A DNA stretch of 35,608 bases from Wickerhamiella versatilis (lineage: Eukaryota), in contig JAQOWU010000007.1 of NCBI GenBank assembly GCA_030867685.1, positions 2,604,001 to 2,639,608 of the forward strand, in the 5' to 3' direction. Shown here one piece after another: positions 22,041-32,834 of this stretch. Positions within the stretch are counted from its first letter, which is position 1. Every line of letters starts with the position of its first letter. The notes below the pieces were generated by a model. The model was given only the letters and a program-made list of their open reading frames with translations. It ran no database searches and was not told the origin of the DNA. Made by a program: the position numbers and the translations under genes.

Positions 22041-22191
22041 GAATGTATACTGTCCAACCAGATTAATTTTGCTACATGGCTTTATGCTGTGGTGCTCTTC
22101 ACTTCTCTAATAGGATGTTCCTGTTATATAATGCCATCTGCAAGGTATCCTGCATCTGTACTCTCCTCAGCATTTACTAAGTGACATCGCT

Positions 22192-22218
22192 TGGTTGGAC
22201 AATGCAAGATATCCCACT
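22192..22218 (+). repeat. Dispersed motif, partial copy
   Basis: TGGTTGGACAATGCAAGATATCCCACT. Confidence 0.9.
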
Positions 22219-22257
22219 GTAAATGTATAAGAACTATATTGCCGAGACAAAGCTAAA

Positions 22258-23177
22258 TTAAGTTTGTGAGAGTTTTTCTGGAGTCCATTCAACTTGATCA
22301 CTACGCTCACGAGACCAAGATTCTGAATTTGGACACCCTAAAAAAAAGGAGGGTATTGAGAGTATGTAGCAAATACTTCCTGCTATTCCACCAAGAAGCA
22401 TCCTGGTATCGCCATTCTGTACGAATGACCACAAATTAACCACGGCCAGAATCAAACATGCACCTACAAAGACACTTAGCCATAGCGGAAACCACCATAT
22501 ACGGTCGTCAACCGGTGCAACTGCCAGAGAGAATGAGAGTATATGCATGGCACCAATGGTCTTAATGACCTAAACAGCTCAGTGGGTACCAAAGAAAAGG
22601 GTACCATGACTTTAATTGAGAAATATATTGCAGGCAAGGCCAAAAAATAAGGGATACATGAAGGAAGTTCGTTCATAAGTGCATATAACAAACATAAAAA
22701 TATAACTGAGGAAATGAGAAATCCAAGCATGCTGATGGTATAAAAGAAAACATTACAGCCAGAACTGTTTGCCCAAATTAAGCTGTAATCTAATTGACCG
22801 TAGATTCTGTCCTCACAATTTTTGGCGTCCATGATATATGTGACAAACAAAACAAATGAATTACAGAACCATATGACTAGAGCCCGCTGAGCAGCAAAGT
22901 AATCTTTAGGTTTGCAAAGGCAGTTAATAACAAAAGGGAAAAATGGGAGTAAGAATCCGATTAATCGCCATTCCATGGTTCCACGAGCAACCTGTGGGAT
23001 AGCAGCAAGCAAGACGCCAGCAAATACTAAAAACATAGATTGACATGCAATAACTCCATAATTAAGATAACTTGAATTAGGAGGAGATGAATTCTTATCG
23101 TCTTCTCTTTTCTTTGTGCCTTCTCTTACTTCATCGACAGTGAATTCTGATACGCGAAAACAATCGCCATCAGACAT
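22258..23177 (-). pseudogene. Multi-pass membrane protein, paralog of 26912-27709, interrupted by one frameshift near 22542
   Basis: ATG at 23177. RALVIWFCNSFVLF matches RAAAIWLCNSFVLL of the paralog, and similarity continues from ORF 22476-23240 (LFRSLRPLVP) into ORF 22258-22548 (SFSLA...LWSFVQ). Confidence 0.7.
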
Positions 23178-23199
23178 ATTTGTAATCAACACAATCTTG

Positions 23200-23224
23200 G
23201 ACTGGTTGAACAATGCGAAATAGC
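23200..23224 (+). repeat. Dispersed motif, degenerate copy
   Basis: GACTGGTTGAACAATGCGAAATAGC. Confidence 0.78.
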
Positions 23225-23544
23225 AGGCAGGCAGAATCACAGGATTATAAGAATCTATGAAGCTAAGGAATAATTACAACCAATCGTAATTATCATGCAT
23301 AGTTTTACTTTGTCTATGCTCAGGTATGTTGACATGCATTCACGAATAAGTAATTTTAATTGTTGACAAAAGCAAAACATTCGACCATTATGGATTATAT
23401 ATAAGTCTTTTATGTGGATTTTGTGTTCCTTCATATAAGTCTAACATTCTGTATTATATCTTAAGATGGTAGCAGGAAACATAAGATGCCAAATTTGACT
23501 ACGGAATGATATGTCATAGGATCCATCAACTATGACACTGGATA

Positions 23545-23642
23545 GGTTGGACAATGCAAGATAGCCACTGATGTATCATGCTGAAGAAGTTAACCAATTT
23601 CGGACAATGCAAGATAGCCCACTAAATTGAACGATGCAAGAT
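23545..23642 (+). repeat. Cluster of three motif fragments (23545-23569, 23602-23624, 23627-23642)
   Basis: GGTTGGACAATGCAAGATAGCCACT; GGACAATGCAAGATAGCCCACTA; TTGAACGATGCAAGAT. Confidence 0.9.
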
Positions 23643-23806
23643 GACACAGGCGAAGGAATCATCAAGTTTGGTAGAGGATTGAATGTTCAGTATCAGAATG
23701 AAGCAGATAAAACGGCATTATGATATCTGCTGGGTAGAGTAGGCGGTGCCTTAATATTAGCATATTTCGCATCTTTCACAAGGACTGAGAAATTGAAGCC
23801 ATAAAT

Positions 23807-26308
23807 CTATCTTAATAAGTATCTACCTGTTATGCTGTCTTCATTATCGGCGACCTGCGAGGGGCTTCCAGTAGCAACAATTTTCCCCCCAGCAGCGCCC
23901 CCCCCTGGACCAAGATCCACGACATAATCTGAATTTCGAATAATATCCAAGTCATGTTCTATAACAATAACAGTAGCCCCACTTGCGGTCAACTTCTGAA
24001 AGACGCGCAGTAACACCTGGATGTCTAATGGATGCAATCCGATTGAGGGTTCATCGAAAACAAACACCGAACCATGCTGATCCTTACGTAAATCTGCAGA
24101 AAGCTTAAGTCGCTGAGCTTCTCCTCCAGACAACGTAGTAGTCGCTTCACCAAGAGTGAGATACCCTAGGCCCAGCTCAACCAGCGAACGCAACTGGGAA
24201 TGCACCTTTTTCATCCCTGTTGTTTTAGCCAACACTTCCTCTATGGTCATTTCTAGCAGCTGTGGAAGCGAGTGCGTTTCGCGTTTACCCCTTTTGCCAT
24301 GTTCCTCCATTGAATAAATATACAGCCCTGCGTCAGGTTCATAGCGTGTACCATGACAGGTTGGACAAGTGATATCCACATCGGCAAGAAACTGTACATC
24401 CAATGATATCTGTCCTGTGCCATCACAAGCATGACAGCGAAGTGATCCAGTATTGTAGGAAAAGTCACCTGGTTTTAACTTGCGTCTTTTTGCCGTAGTT
24501 GTATTGGCATAAGCTCGCCGCAGCTCATCAAGCACACCACAGTAGGTTGCCACGGTTGACCTTGAATTTGCGCCAATAGGCGAAGCATCAATCACATACG
24601 TATTTGTCAAATCCTCGACGTCCAATATTTCAACAGTACTTGGTAACTTTCCACTGGCATGATGCGCTTTAAGCGCTGGTACAAGGCACTCAAGTATCAG
24701 AGTAGTCTTTCCAGACCCCGAAACACCTGTTACACCTATTAGCCGCTGTTTGGGAAAATCCACGGTTAGGGCGGAAACGGTATGAATAGGCTGTGTCTTT
24801 AGATGTATCGCTCCATTAATAAAAATATCTGAGGGTCGGAGACGTGGACGCACATGAACACTCTGGCTCCCCTCTATGAACCCTCCTATAAGAGAGCATG
24901 GGTTTCGAGCCAATTGTGACAAAGGAGAAGAATTAATCACCTCTCCTCCTTTTGATCCAGATCCTGGTCCAATTTCGATCAACCAGTCAGCGTTGCGGAG
25001 AACCTGTACGTCGTGGTCGACTGCGACAACAGTATTTCCATCACCTATAAGTGTATGAATGACACTCAATAGTCCCTCAATATTTACAGGGTGTAGGCCG
25101 ATAGATGGCTCATCCAACACATAGAGAACCCCGGTAGTTCGATTCCGAACTGCTCGTGAGAGCTGGACACGCTGTCTCTCACCTGTAGAGAGTGTAGAAG
25201 AAGGGCGATCAAGACTGAGATATCCCAAACCAAGCTCAATTAGGCGAGCAGAAATTTCTCTGATATTGTTTACGATACTGGTTCCCATTGCTTGCATCTC
25301 CACAGGAAGGTCCTCGGGAACTTCAGTGACCCATTTTGTGACATCAGCCAAAGTTTTATTAGCTATCTGCGCTAAATTGGCACCTCTTACAAGTGACGAT
25401 GATGCCTTCGGACTGAGTCTTGTACCGTGACAATCAGGACAAACCTGAATGCTGAGGTACTTATCAATCCTCTGTAACCCCTTTTCGGTTGAGGCATTTT
25501 TAAGCGCTTCCTCAACTGCGGTATACGCGCTTCTGAATGTCACATTTAAGTCAAAAAGCCTACCGGTCTTTGAAGGAATTAGCACCCTTATCTTTTCAGT
25601 GGGTCCTCGGAAAACAGTGTTTTTCTCCTTCTCCGAAAGGTCACAAAATGGAATCGTTGTACGGACACCCATTTCTCCAACTGCCCTAGCGTTGATAGAT
25701 AGGCCAAAAAGTGACCAAGGACCTACTGCACCTTCTTCAATTGTGAGATTTTCATCCGGTACTAACTTCGTCTCGTCAACTTCCCTGACCACACCTGTTC
25801 CGGAGCACCTTTTGCACGCACCGTCACTGTTGAAAGCAAATGATTCAGCAGATGGTGGGACAAACTCCTCAGCACATACCGGGCAAACTAGGTTTTTTTC
25901 AAGTGCCACGTTGATAGTAGGATCTAAATAGTGCCCATTCGGGCATTTATGGCTACCAACTCGGGAAAATAAGAGACGCAGCCCATTTAGAACCTCCGTT
26001 GAAGTTCCAAAAGTGCTTCTTATTCCAGGTATAGGAGGTCTTTGTCTTAGGGCAAGCGCCGCTGGGATATGCTCAATGGCATCAACGGACGGACGAGCAG
26101 TAGTTCTGATTCTTCGACGGGTGTAAGTAGACAGTCCCTCTAAATACCGGCGGGATCCCTCGGCATACAGAATCCCAAGGGCAAGTGAAGACTTTCCAGA
26201 CCCGGACACACCAGCTATGCCAACAAATTTTCCCAATGGAATTGATATATCGATATTCTTCAGGTTGTGAACTCTTCCTCCTCGTATCACTATATAGTCG
26301 GGCTCCAT
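23807..26308 (-). CDS. uvrA: Short UvrA-family (class II, UvrA2/DrrC-like) ABC ATPase of bacterial type
   Basis: Two Walker A motifs (GVSGSGKSS, GVSGSGKTT), signatures LSTGERQR and LSGGEAQRLKL, Walker B LDEP/FDEP, CxxC zinc fingers, HNLKNID. About 833 aa from the ATG at 26308, shorter than canonical UvrA. Confidence 0.93.
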   Translation of the reverse strand: MEPDYIVIRGGRVHNLKNIDISIPLGKFVGIAGVSGSGKSSLALGILYAEGSRRYLEGLSTYTRRRIRTTARPSVDAIEHIPAALALRQRPPIPGIRSTFGTSTEVLNGLRLLFSRVGSHKCPNGHYLDPTINVALEKNLVCPVCAEEFVPPSAESFAFNSDGACKRCSGTGVVREVDETKLVPDENLTIEEGAVGPWSLFGLSINARAVGEMGVRTTIPFCDLSEKEKNTVFRGPTEKIRVLIPSKTGRLFDLNVTFRSAYTAVEEALKNASTEKGLQRIDKYLSIQVCPDCHGTRLSPKASSSLVRGANLAQIANKTLADVTKWVTEVPEDLPVEMQAMGTSIVNNIREISARLIELGLGYLSLDRPSSTLSTGERQRVQLSRAVRNRTTGVLYVLDEPSIGLHPVNIEGLLSVIHTLIGDGNTVVAVDHDVQVLRNADWLIEIGPGSGSKGGEVINSSPLSQLARNPCSLIGGFIEGSQSVHVRPRLRPSDIFINGAIHLKTQPIHTVSALTVDFPKQRLIGVTGVSGSGKTTLILECLVPALKAHHASGKLPSTVEILDVEDLTNTYVIDASPIGANSRSTVATYCGVLDELRRAYANTTTAKRRKLKPGDFSYNTGSLRCHACDGTGQISLDVQFLADVDITCPTCHGTRYEPDAGLYIYSMEEHGKRGKRETHSLPQLLEMTIEEVLAKTTGMKKVHSQLRSLVELGLGYLTLGEATTTLSGGEAQRLKLSADLRKDQHGSVFVFDEPSIGLHPLDIQVLLRVFQKLTASGATVIVIEHDLDIIRNSDYVVDLGPGGGAAGGKIVATGSPSQVADNEDSITGRYLLR

Positions 26309-26393
26309 TTTAAGAACATGGATCGAAGGGGTCGAGTGCAATGCTTAGAATTCTGGTCATCGGACGATTACGATATATTACTACGAGCTTAGT

Positions 26394-26419
26394 TGAGACT
26401 GGTTGGAGATGCAAGATAG
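26394..26419 (+). repeat. Dispersed motif, partial copy
   Basis: TGAGACTGGTTGGAGATGCAAGATAG. Confidence 0.88.
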
Positions 26420-26595
26420 TTTTCTGAGAGTATAGTATTATCTTAAGTCCTACATTACAGCATGATATGAATGGCTTGGTTATACCGAATTGCAGAAAGG
26501 AAGAATCGCTTCCAGATTAATTCTTTTGTCCACTTTTGAAGTTGATATCAGCTAATTTCATAATTAGAGACGAAAGTTTTGAGAGTTGCCTATCT

Positions 26596-26620
26596 TGAGA
26601 CTGGTTGGACAATGCAAGAT
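26596..26620 (+). repeat. Dispersed motif, partial copy
   Basis: TGAGACTGGTTGGACAATGCAAGAT. Confidence 0.9.
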
Positions 26621-26911
26621 GAACTATTTATTTTCTTGCTTCGTTCAAACTCACGAATTTCACTTATCAATTGAAGTCATTGGCTTGTCATAAATAATGC
26701 AAACTATTCAATGCAGATGTATATGAGTCACCCCCACCTCCGGTTGCATACTGAGTAAACGAACAGTACATAATCCTGATTTCCCTCCTTTCGATTAAAA
26801 ACATTTATGCTGGGTATGCCACATAATGCCAGTTGAACAATGATAGTTATTGCCACGCCACCAATCTCGAGAATCGTAACATTATTATTCTGGAAGTTGA
26901 TACCATAGTCT

Positions 26912-27709
26912 TCAAGGGCTTTGAAATATTAAAAAGCACGCAGTGAATATGTACCCAAGCAGACACACTATTCCAGGAGCAAGGAATAGTGGTGTGACCT
27001 GCACGGTATCCCATACTGAAAATGGGCTACTTACGATACATACGCTGATAAATACCTGTAGAATCCATGTGTTCGTGGTGAGCGATGCAGTGGCGGGGAA
27101 TGATAGACTAGCAATCAAAAGAACCGATGGAATAACTGTCTGTAATGACCGAACCAAGTTACTAAAAGCAGCTGGTAGAGTGGGAATCAAGAACACGCCA
27201 CTAAACGATGAGCCCACAATCATCATAGTAACAGTTATGGGATCAATTGGCCTATTTAAATCATGATTGGTCGCCAAATTCAGAGTCATAGCTGAAAAAA
27301 TTAGCCAAATGGAGCCCAAGATCGCAAAAGCGACTAATACCAAATCACCAAATTCGGATTTAGGATGCTCAGAAATAAAATTCTTATAATCACCACTTTC
27401 TAATATTCCTCTTTCTAGGTACTGATTGTTGAAAAAGTAGGCGATCAAAAGAACAAAAGAATTGCAGAGCCAAATAGCAGCAGCGCGGTATACTGCCATA
27501 TAGCCTTTCTTCTTGTAGAAATGGGAGAGGCATAGTGGCAAAAATGATCCTAGTAATATGAACCACTTGAGCTTTATTGCCAGGAAAGCTGCTTCAGGTA
27601 CCACAGCGGAGCTGAGACCCACAGCAGTCAATCCGAGCGCTTCAAGACCAACGGTAGTTTTCCTTTCTCCTGATGTCTTTTTGGCTTCTTTTGCGGAATG
27701 ATCACTCAT
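26912..27709 (-). CDS. Hypothetical multi-pass membrane protein (paralog of 22258-23177)
   Basis: 265-aa ORF with about 7-8 hydrophobic segments and the shared IWxCNSFVL motif. Confidence 0.7.
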   Translation of the reverse strand: MSDHSAKEAKKTSGERKTTVGLEALGLTAVGLSSAVVPEAAFLAIKLKWFILLGSFLPLCLSHFYKKKGYMAVYRAAAIWLCNSFVLLIAYFFNNQYLERGILESGDYKNFISEHPKSEFGDLVLVAFAILGSIWLIFSAMTLNLATNHDLNRPIDPITVTMMIVGSSFSGVFLIPTLPAAFSNLVRSLQTVIPSVLLIASLSFPATASLTTNTWILQVFISVCIVSSPFSVWDTVQVTPLFLAPGIVCLLGYIFTACFLIFQSP

Positions 27710-28110
27710 TAAACGCTTGCGATGAGAAGAGTAGGACGTTATGTAAGCGAGTTGTTATTCGCGGCCCTATGCGTTGTGTACCGTCCAGTTAGATATAAAC
27801 GCCGTTGGTTCCTAGGGCGCACAGAGTAATTTCTAGACTAGAAGCTTCCAACATAGTTTTTCCCTATCATGACGGTGGCAAAACCAGATTTCACCACGCA
27901 AGGCTCGCTGGTGAATGAAAGGTAACCACTAAAAAATAATCGGACAACACGATGGCAATCAATGATATGAAATCAAAGACTAGTAAGAAGGGAAAGTAGA
28001 TCATTAATTTAGGAACACAGAGCGAGTACGGTTGATGTTTCAAAAGAGGCAATCTGAATAATGGTGCTGGTATTAATGTCTATTAATGAAGGGACAATAT
28101 ACATTTCTTC

Positions 28111-28146
28111 CTGCCTGAGACTGGTTGGACAATGCAAGATAGCCCA
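28111..28146 (+). repeat. Dispersed motif, partial copy
   Basis: CTGCCTGAGACTGGTTGGACAATGCAAGATAGCCCA. Confidence 0.92.
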
Positions 28147-28367
28147 AACCTAATGCTTATATTAAATTGCTATAAGTAAATACCGCTAAATAAAGGTAGG
28201 GATCATTGACATCCGCACAGTGAATCACTATACCTCAACTCCATCCATGTAGCGTTAGCAATGACATTAGACAAAAAAAAGAGTCCGAGGGCAATCAAAA
28301 GATAGTTCTTGAAATGATGGTGGGAAGTACCCTACTATAAATCAAACGGAGTTTGTGGGCCATTAAA

Positions 28368-30196
28368 TCAAACATTTTGCTCTAACTTGTCGTAGTACCA
28401 AATGGTAAGGATAGTATAAATAAACATTGAGGAGACATGATATACGATAGAGCGAGCGGATGCATTCCAGAAAACTCTACTAGGCTGTACTCGAATGAAC
28501 CTATATTCTGGAGAGGAGGGTATTTTATTCTCAGTGAAATCAATGGAAACCGAAATCATAAGCCACAGAATATTATAGGCACAAAGTATCTTAGTGGCAC
28601 TAGTGATTGACATCTTTCGAAGCCGAATCCCTTTTCTCACGCATGATGTTACCAATACAACACTAAAATATTCTGTAGCAATCAAGACTAGTAGCATCAA
28701 GAATATGTAGATGTTATTAGAACGGACGGATGAAAAGAGAAAGAGTTGACCAAAAAGTTGGGATAAAAATAAAAAATGATTTCTCCAACGAGAAAGTTCG
28801 AACTTGGTGTGCGGAGAGAGACCGATGAGAAGCGTATATATTAGCGCAGTATGTGCCAATATATTGATCGCAAACGCTGATGCACCATCAGATAGAGTCG
28901 AGCCTGATCTCGTCGCCGCTGCATAGCTTGAGAGGGTAAGTACAAATATCGGTATGACAATCAAACTCCATGAAATTTTTTTTTCACAGCATTCAAGATG
29001 TATATGAAATAGAACAACAACCAGTCTCCTATTATTACGACAAGAATAGATGCGTCTCCAATCATTAACTGGACCGAAACTACTCTACCCACCTTCTCAG
29101 ATATCTCCGAAATATGCTGAAGATCTCCCTGATCACTATAGAAGACATATTCCTTATGAAGATGCTGAGCACAGCTTTCAAGATAGCATACATACATGTG
29201 CACGGACAGGTACGCGAGCATATATATCAGAGTAGATATATACAAAATCCATAATAAACTTCCCTTTCTGGCTGAGGATCTTGGTATACAGGTTCCAGAA
29301 ATGCCCTTTTCACTTCTTTTTGAATCATCCTCGTCATCGCCTTGTGGCCTAGCAGCCCACGCGCTCAGAAGATTGAAAATATAGATACATGAGACGCATA
29401 ACATGACAGATACAACTGAAGCAACATTTTCTTTGGGCCATAGATTCATAATGGGGAATTTTTCAACCACATCTGAAAGAGGAGCATATTCTTCAAAATC
29501 ATCATCGTCTCCAAAAATATATTGATCAGCTCTTGTTGTTAATAAACCAATTAGAGACCCCAAAAGACAGGATATTGACAATCCTATATTATCAATTTTG
29601 TTTATTGTGCCTCCTAAATATGTATTCTTCAGTCCGGCAATCAATAATGCGGTAAGAGACAGAAGTTCCAGAGGCAGTAGTTCCAAGAAGTGCCAGTACT
29701 CAAAACGATTGGACACCTGCAGTAAAAAAGCAGTAAGACTCGTTAATAAAGTTAAATTCAAAAAAAAGTACCGCCACCTGGACAAACATACCTTGGCTTG
29801 AGAAGAAAGCATACTCAATGTAATAAATGTAAAAGCAGTGTAGGTTAGAATTTCAGATATAGCTCTGAAAAAACTAAAGTAATAACACATTTTAGTGAGT
29901 GCCATAATATTTCCCATAAGCAACAGGAATGTGGTAGAACATGCAACTAGGCACGACGGGACTTTTGACCCTATTAATACAAGAACTCCTGACACTGTTA
30001 AAAAAGAGTATAGTGCAGGGAAATAAAAAGGGCAGTACTCTAGTCGGAACAGGGTCGAAGGAGCGTAAGCATTTACGATAGTTTCAACAGCCAACCCGAA
30101 ATATATTATATACAGAAGACCCTTGTTAGCCCAAAAGACTTTAGTGTTGTCATCAAGGGACTTGAGTTTTGAGCTAATTGTGCTGATACGCTGCAT
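28368..30196 (-). pseudogene. Large multi-pass membrane protein with two internally homologous halves, split by a frameshift in an A9 run; possibly a highly diverged MFS
   Basis: ORFs 28961-30196 and 28368-28964 overlap by 4 nt, and the second lacks an ATG start. One extra base in the T9 at 28976-28984 fuses them. EILTYTAF...KVCLSRWRYFFL repeats as NILAHTAL...KFELSRWRNHFL. Confidence 0.6.
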
Positions 30197-30271
30197 TCGC
30201 CATTCAACTCCAAGCAGATAGATTCACGAAGCAAAGAAGCTGATGGCAATACCAGATTAGTAACGAGTAAT

Positions 30272-30317
30272 CACTTCACTACCTGAGACTGGTTGGACAA
30301 TGCAAGATAGCCCACTT
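30272..30317 (+). repeat. Dispersed motif, more than one full unit
   Basis: CACTTCACTACCTGAGACTGGTTGGACAATGCAAGATAGCCCACTT. Confidence 0.95.
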
Positions 30318-30707
30318 AATCAAGTTAATGCGCACGCATCTGCCTTAATATATTATTCAACGCATAATAATCGTTACCATACTGAGATCCAATAGACGAG
30401 GCATTAACGTGGATAATCTGATCATACGCTAAACTACGTCATAATTCGACGATTAAGCTGTTTATGCGACAACCAGGTTGCTGTTCAATAAGTCTTGTGC
30501 TATTGATCCTAGGAATGATTAGTTGTTCTGTGCTCTAATGACATGCTGGAGAAATATAAGACTGTTGTATGTGAATTATGCTTCATAATTTGACATCACA
30601 AACCGTTGAAAATACCTGAGTAGCATGGTTTTTTTGGTTTCATACTCGTTTTTTACTCCTTTTCGGAAGGGAAACAAACAGCTGAATGAAAATGCCAAAG
30701 CTGAAGG

Positions 30708-31793
30708 TTAAACTGTAGAGATTTCAGCGCCGAGTTCTGATTCCTCATAACCGCTTAGGTGTCCCTTGTGCTGCTTCCACCATTTGCGAATTGATCTTAG
30801 CCTCCTATATGGCGGATAATCATCGATAGAGGGGGGGCTATAGATGAAAAAGTCATATGCAAGAGAGCCAATAAAACCACCTAGAGTTGGTGCAGTGATG
30901 CCTCCTACCAGCCACCAAAGACTGTGATCGTACCAAATTGATTTTGGGAATCCCATCATCGACATAACAAGCCGAGGGCCCAGGTCACGCACTGGATTCA
31001 GCCCAAAAGGCGTGTAGAAACCTGCGCAACACCCAAGACATGTAATGGTCATTCCGAAGTACCATGCGTTCAGGCCTTTGGCTGGATTAAGGTTTTTATC
31101 ATCACTCACTGAAAGAATAATTGCTAACAGAATAGCAGTACCACTAAACTCATTGAACCATGAAGATGCCACCGGCATTCCTGGCTCGGTAGTGGTATAA
31201 AATGAGCCGCCGGTTGGTAGAGACCATGCATTAGGATCAAGCGTCCTGAGAGCTGGATAATATAGGCCAAAGCTCCAAGCACTTGCAAGCATGGCAGCAA
31301 AGAACTGGGCTACCCAGTATCTCACAGCCTTTAGAAAAGGGAATCCTCTGAAGAGCCACATGTTAAATGTAACCGTTGGATTAAGATGAGCGCCGGAATA
31401 TGCACCAGCTATGCAAATGCCTATGGTGAGACCGATACCCCAACCAAATACCATGGTAACCCAGTTCCCCTTATTTACATCCATACCGACGTTCATTTGA
31501 GCATTGCTCGAGTAACCGATGAACAGGAAGACAAAAGTCCCTAAGAATTCGGCAAGCTCACCTTTATACCTTGATTTAAACGACGACACATCTTTCTCAC
31601 TTTGTGGGAGCTTAGGTGCGGTAGTGTAATTAGTTTTGAGCGCTCGCTCCCGCTCGAGGTCGGATATAATCAGATGGAGCTGTTCAAGAAGTATTTTACT
31701 TCGAGATAGTACATCTATATTCTCGTCAGCATCAGCACTGTATTCTTTTGGATGCTCAACTGTTTCTTTATGCTCAATGGTAGCAGCCTTCAT
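30708..31793 (-). CDS. Aquaglyceroporin (MIP family, GlpF/Fps1-like)
   Basis: AEFLGTF, SGAHLNPTVT, NEFSGT and GLNPVRDLGPRL; the Asp after the second NPA-box equivalent is typical of glyceroporins. Confidence 0.93.
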   Translation of the reverse strand: MKAATIEHKETVEHPKEYSADADENIDVLSRSKILLEQLHLIISDLERERALKTNYTTAPKLPQSEKDVSSFKSRYKGELAEFLGTFVFLFIGYSSNAQMNVGMDVNKGNWVTMVFGWGIGLTIGICIAGAYSGAHLNPTVTFNMWLFRGFPFLKAVRYWVAQFFAAMLASAWSFGLYYPALRTLDPNAWSLPTGGSFYTTTEPGMPVASSWFNEFSGTAILLAIILSVSDDKNLNPAKGLNAWYFGMTITCLGCCAGFYTPFGLNPVRDLGPRLVMSMMGFPKSIWYDHSLWWLVGGITAPTLGGFIGSLAYDFFIYSPPSIDDYPPYRRLRSIRKWWKQHKGHLSGYEESELGAEISTV

Positions 31794-32066
31794 GCAGAGT
31801 TTTGGCGTTTACTTACGATTAATATTTTTCCTAGCCCTAACCTCCACCTAGTACGAGGATGCGGGGGATAAGATGACAGGGCTACAGCCAGATATCCCTC
31901 ATTAGACGTGATGGCCCGATAACTGCTTGATAAATGTTCATTGACACTTTACTAAACTCTGGGTTCAATTTGGTGATAGACTGTAACTGATACCGCTTTT
32001 AGTATTCAGGAAACCAAAATTTTTCGTATGCGGCGTTCTTAGATTATGTCAGATCGTTCCTGTCGT

Positions 32067-32095
32067 TGGTTGGACAATGCAAGAAGGCCCAGTTC
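32067..32095 (+). repeat. Dispersed motif, degenerate partial copy
   Basis: TGGTTGGACAATGCAAGAAGGCCCAGTTC. Confidence 0.85.
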
Positions 32096-32507
32096 TTTCG
32101 TCACTAACTTAATAATTTATGTGCACAGTTATAGCTTGATATGTCACCTACAACCTAACATGCTGGCGCCTCAATTTATCCTCTTTTATTTTGGAAGACA
32201 GAGTCGGCTATTAGCATTCTAGGCGGTCAGGTAAAGCCACAGGCGTAGTCCAATGTAGTTGATGGCGGATAATATTATAGGATTTATAATATTGCGGAAA
32301 TCAATCAAATTCCGCCAAAAATATATTCCGCGGTCAAATAATTTGGGACTAAAATCGTTCAAAAATTGCATTAAAAACATAGCATTGAACCAAATAGCAG
32401 TCTTGAGGGTTTCAAATATCTAGCCAGGTATACATCAAAGACAACAATGATGATCGTATGATGCTAAATTGACTTACATATTATATACGTCATTTAATAG
32501 AAGCCAT

Positions 32508-32558
32508 TAGCCCACTTCACTACCTGAGACTGGTTGGACAATGCAAGATAGCCCACTA
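32508..32558 (+). repeat. Dispersed motif, near full-length perfect copy
   Basis: TAGCCCACTTCACTACCTGAGACTGGTTGGACAATGCAAGATAGCCCACTA. Confidence 0.95.
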
Positions 32559-32834
32559 TATAACAGGATATGTCTCAACTTTTCTTTGCATTCATAGATC
32601 ATTTCAGAATAAATATGCGCACTTGCACTGGTGTATAAGCTAATTCCGTAATAAATCAGTTTCAAAAGCAATGCTAAGCGTTCTTCACCTAGAACCATAT
32701 ACATCTAGTTTAACTGAACTGCCAGTGAAAACATACTTTACTGGGCGAGATGGAAACAATAGGATCAGATTTAATATGTCTTACGAAGCTTAAATCTCAT
32801 TAGAAGGTTGCTATAGACTAGATTGAATTAGGTC

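Noticed and set aside
21928-22110. 60-aa ORF with an HEHEHE metal-binding-like tract
   Set aside because: Explained by a hexanucleotide microsatellite; no other coding support.
23178-23240. N-terminal extensions from GTG/TTG starts in the ORF track (also at 7039, 16595, 20339, 26341)
   Set aside because: Eukaryotic context favours the first ATG; the extension at 23178-23240 runs through a motif copy.
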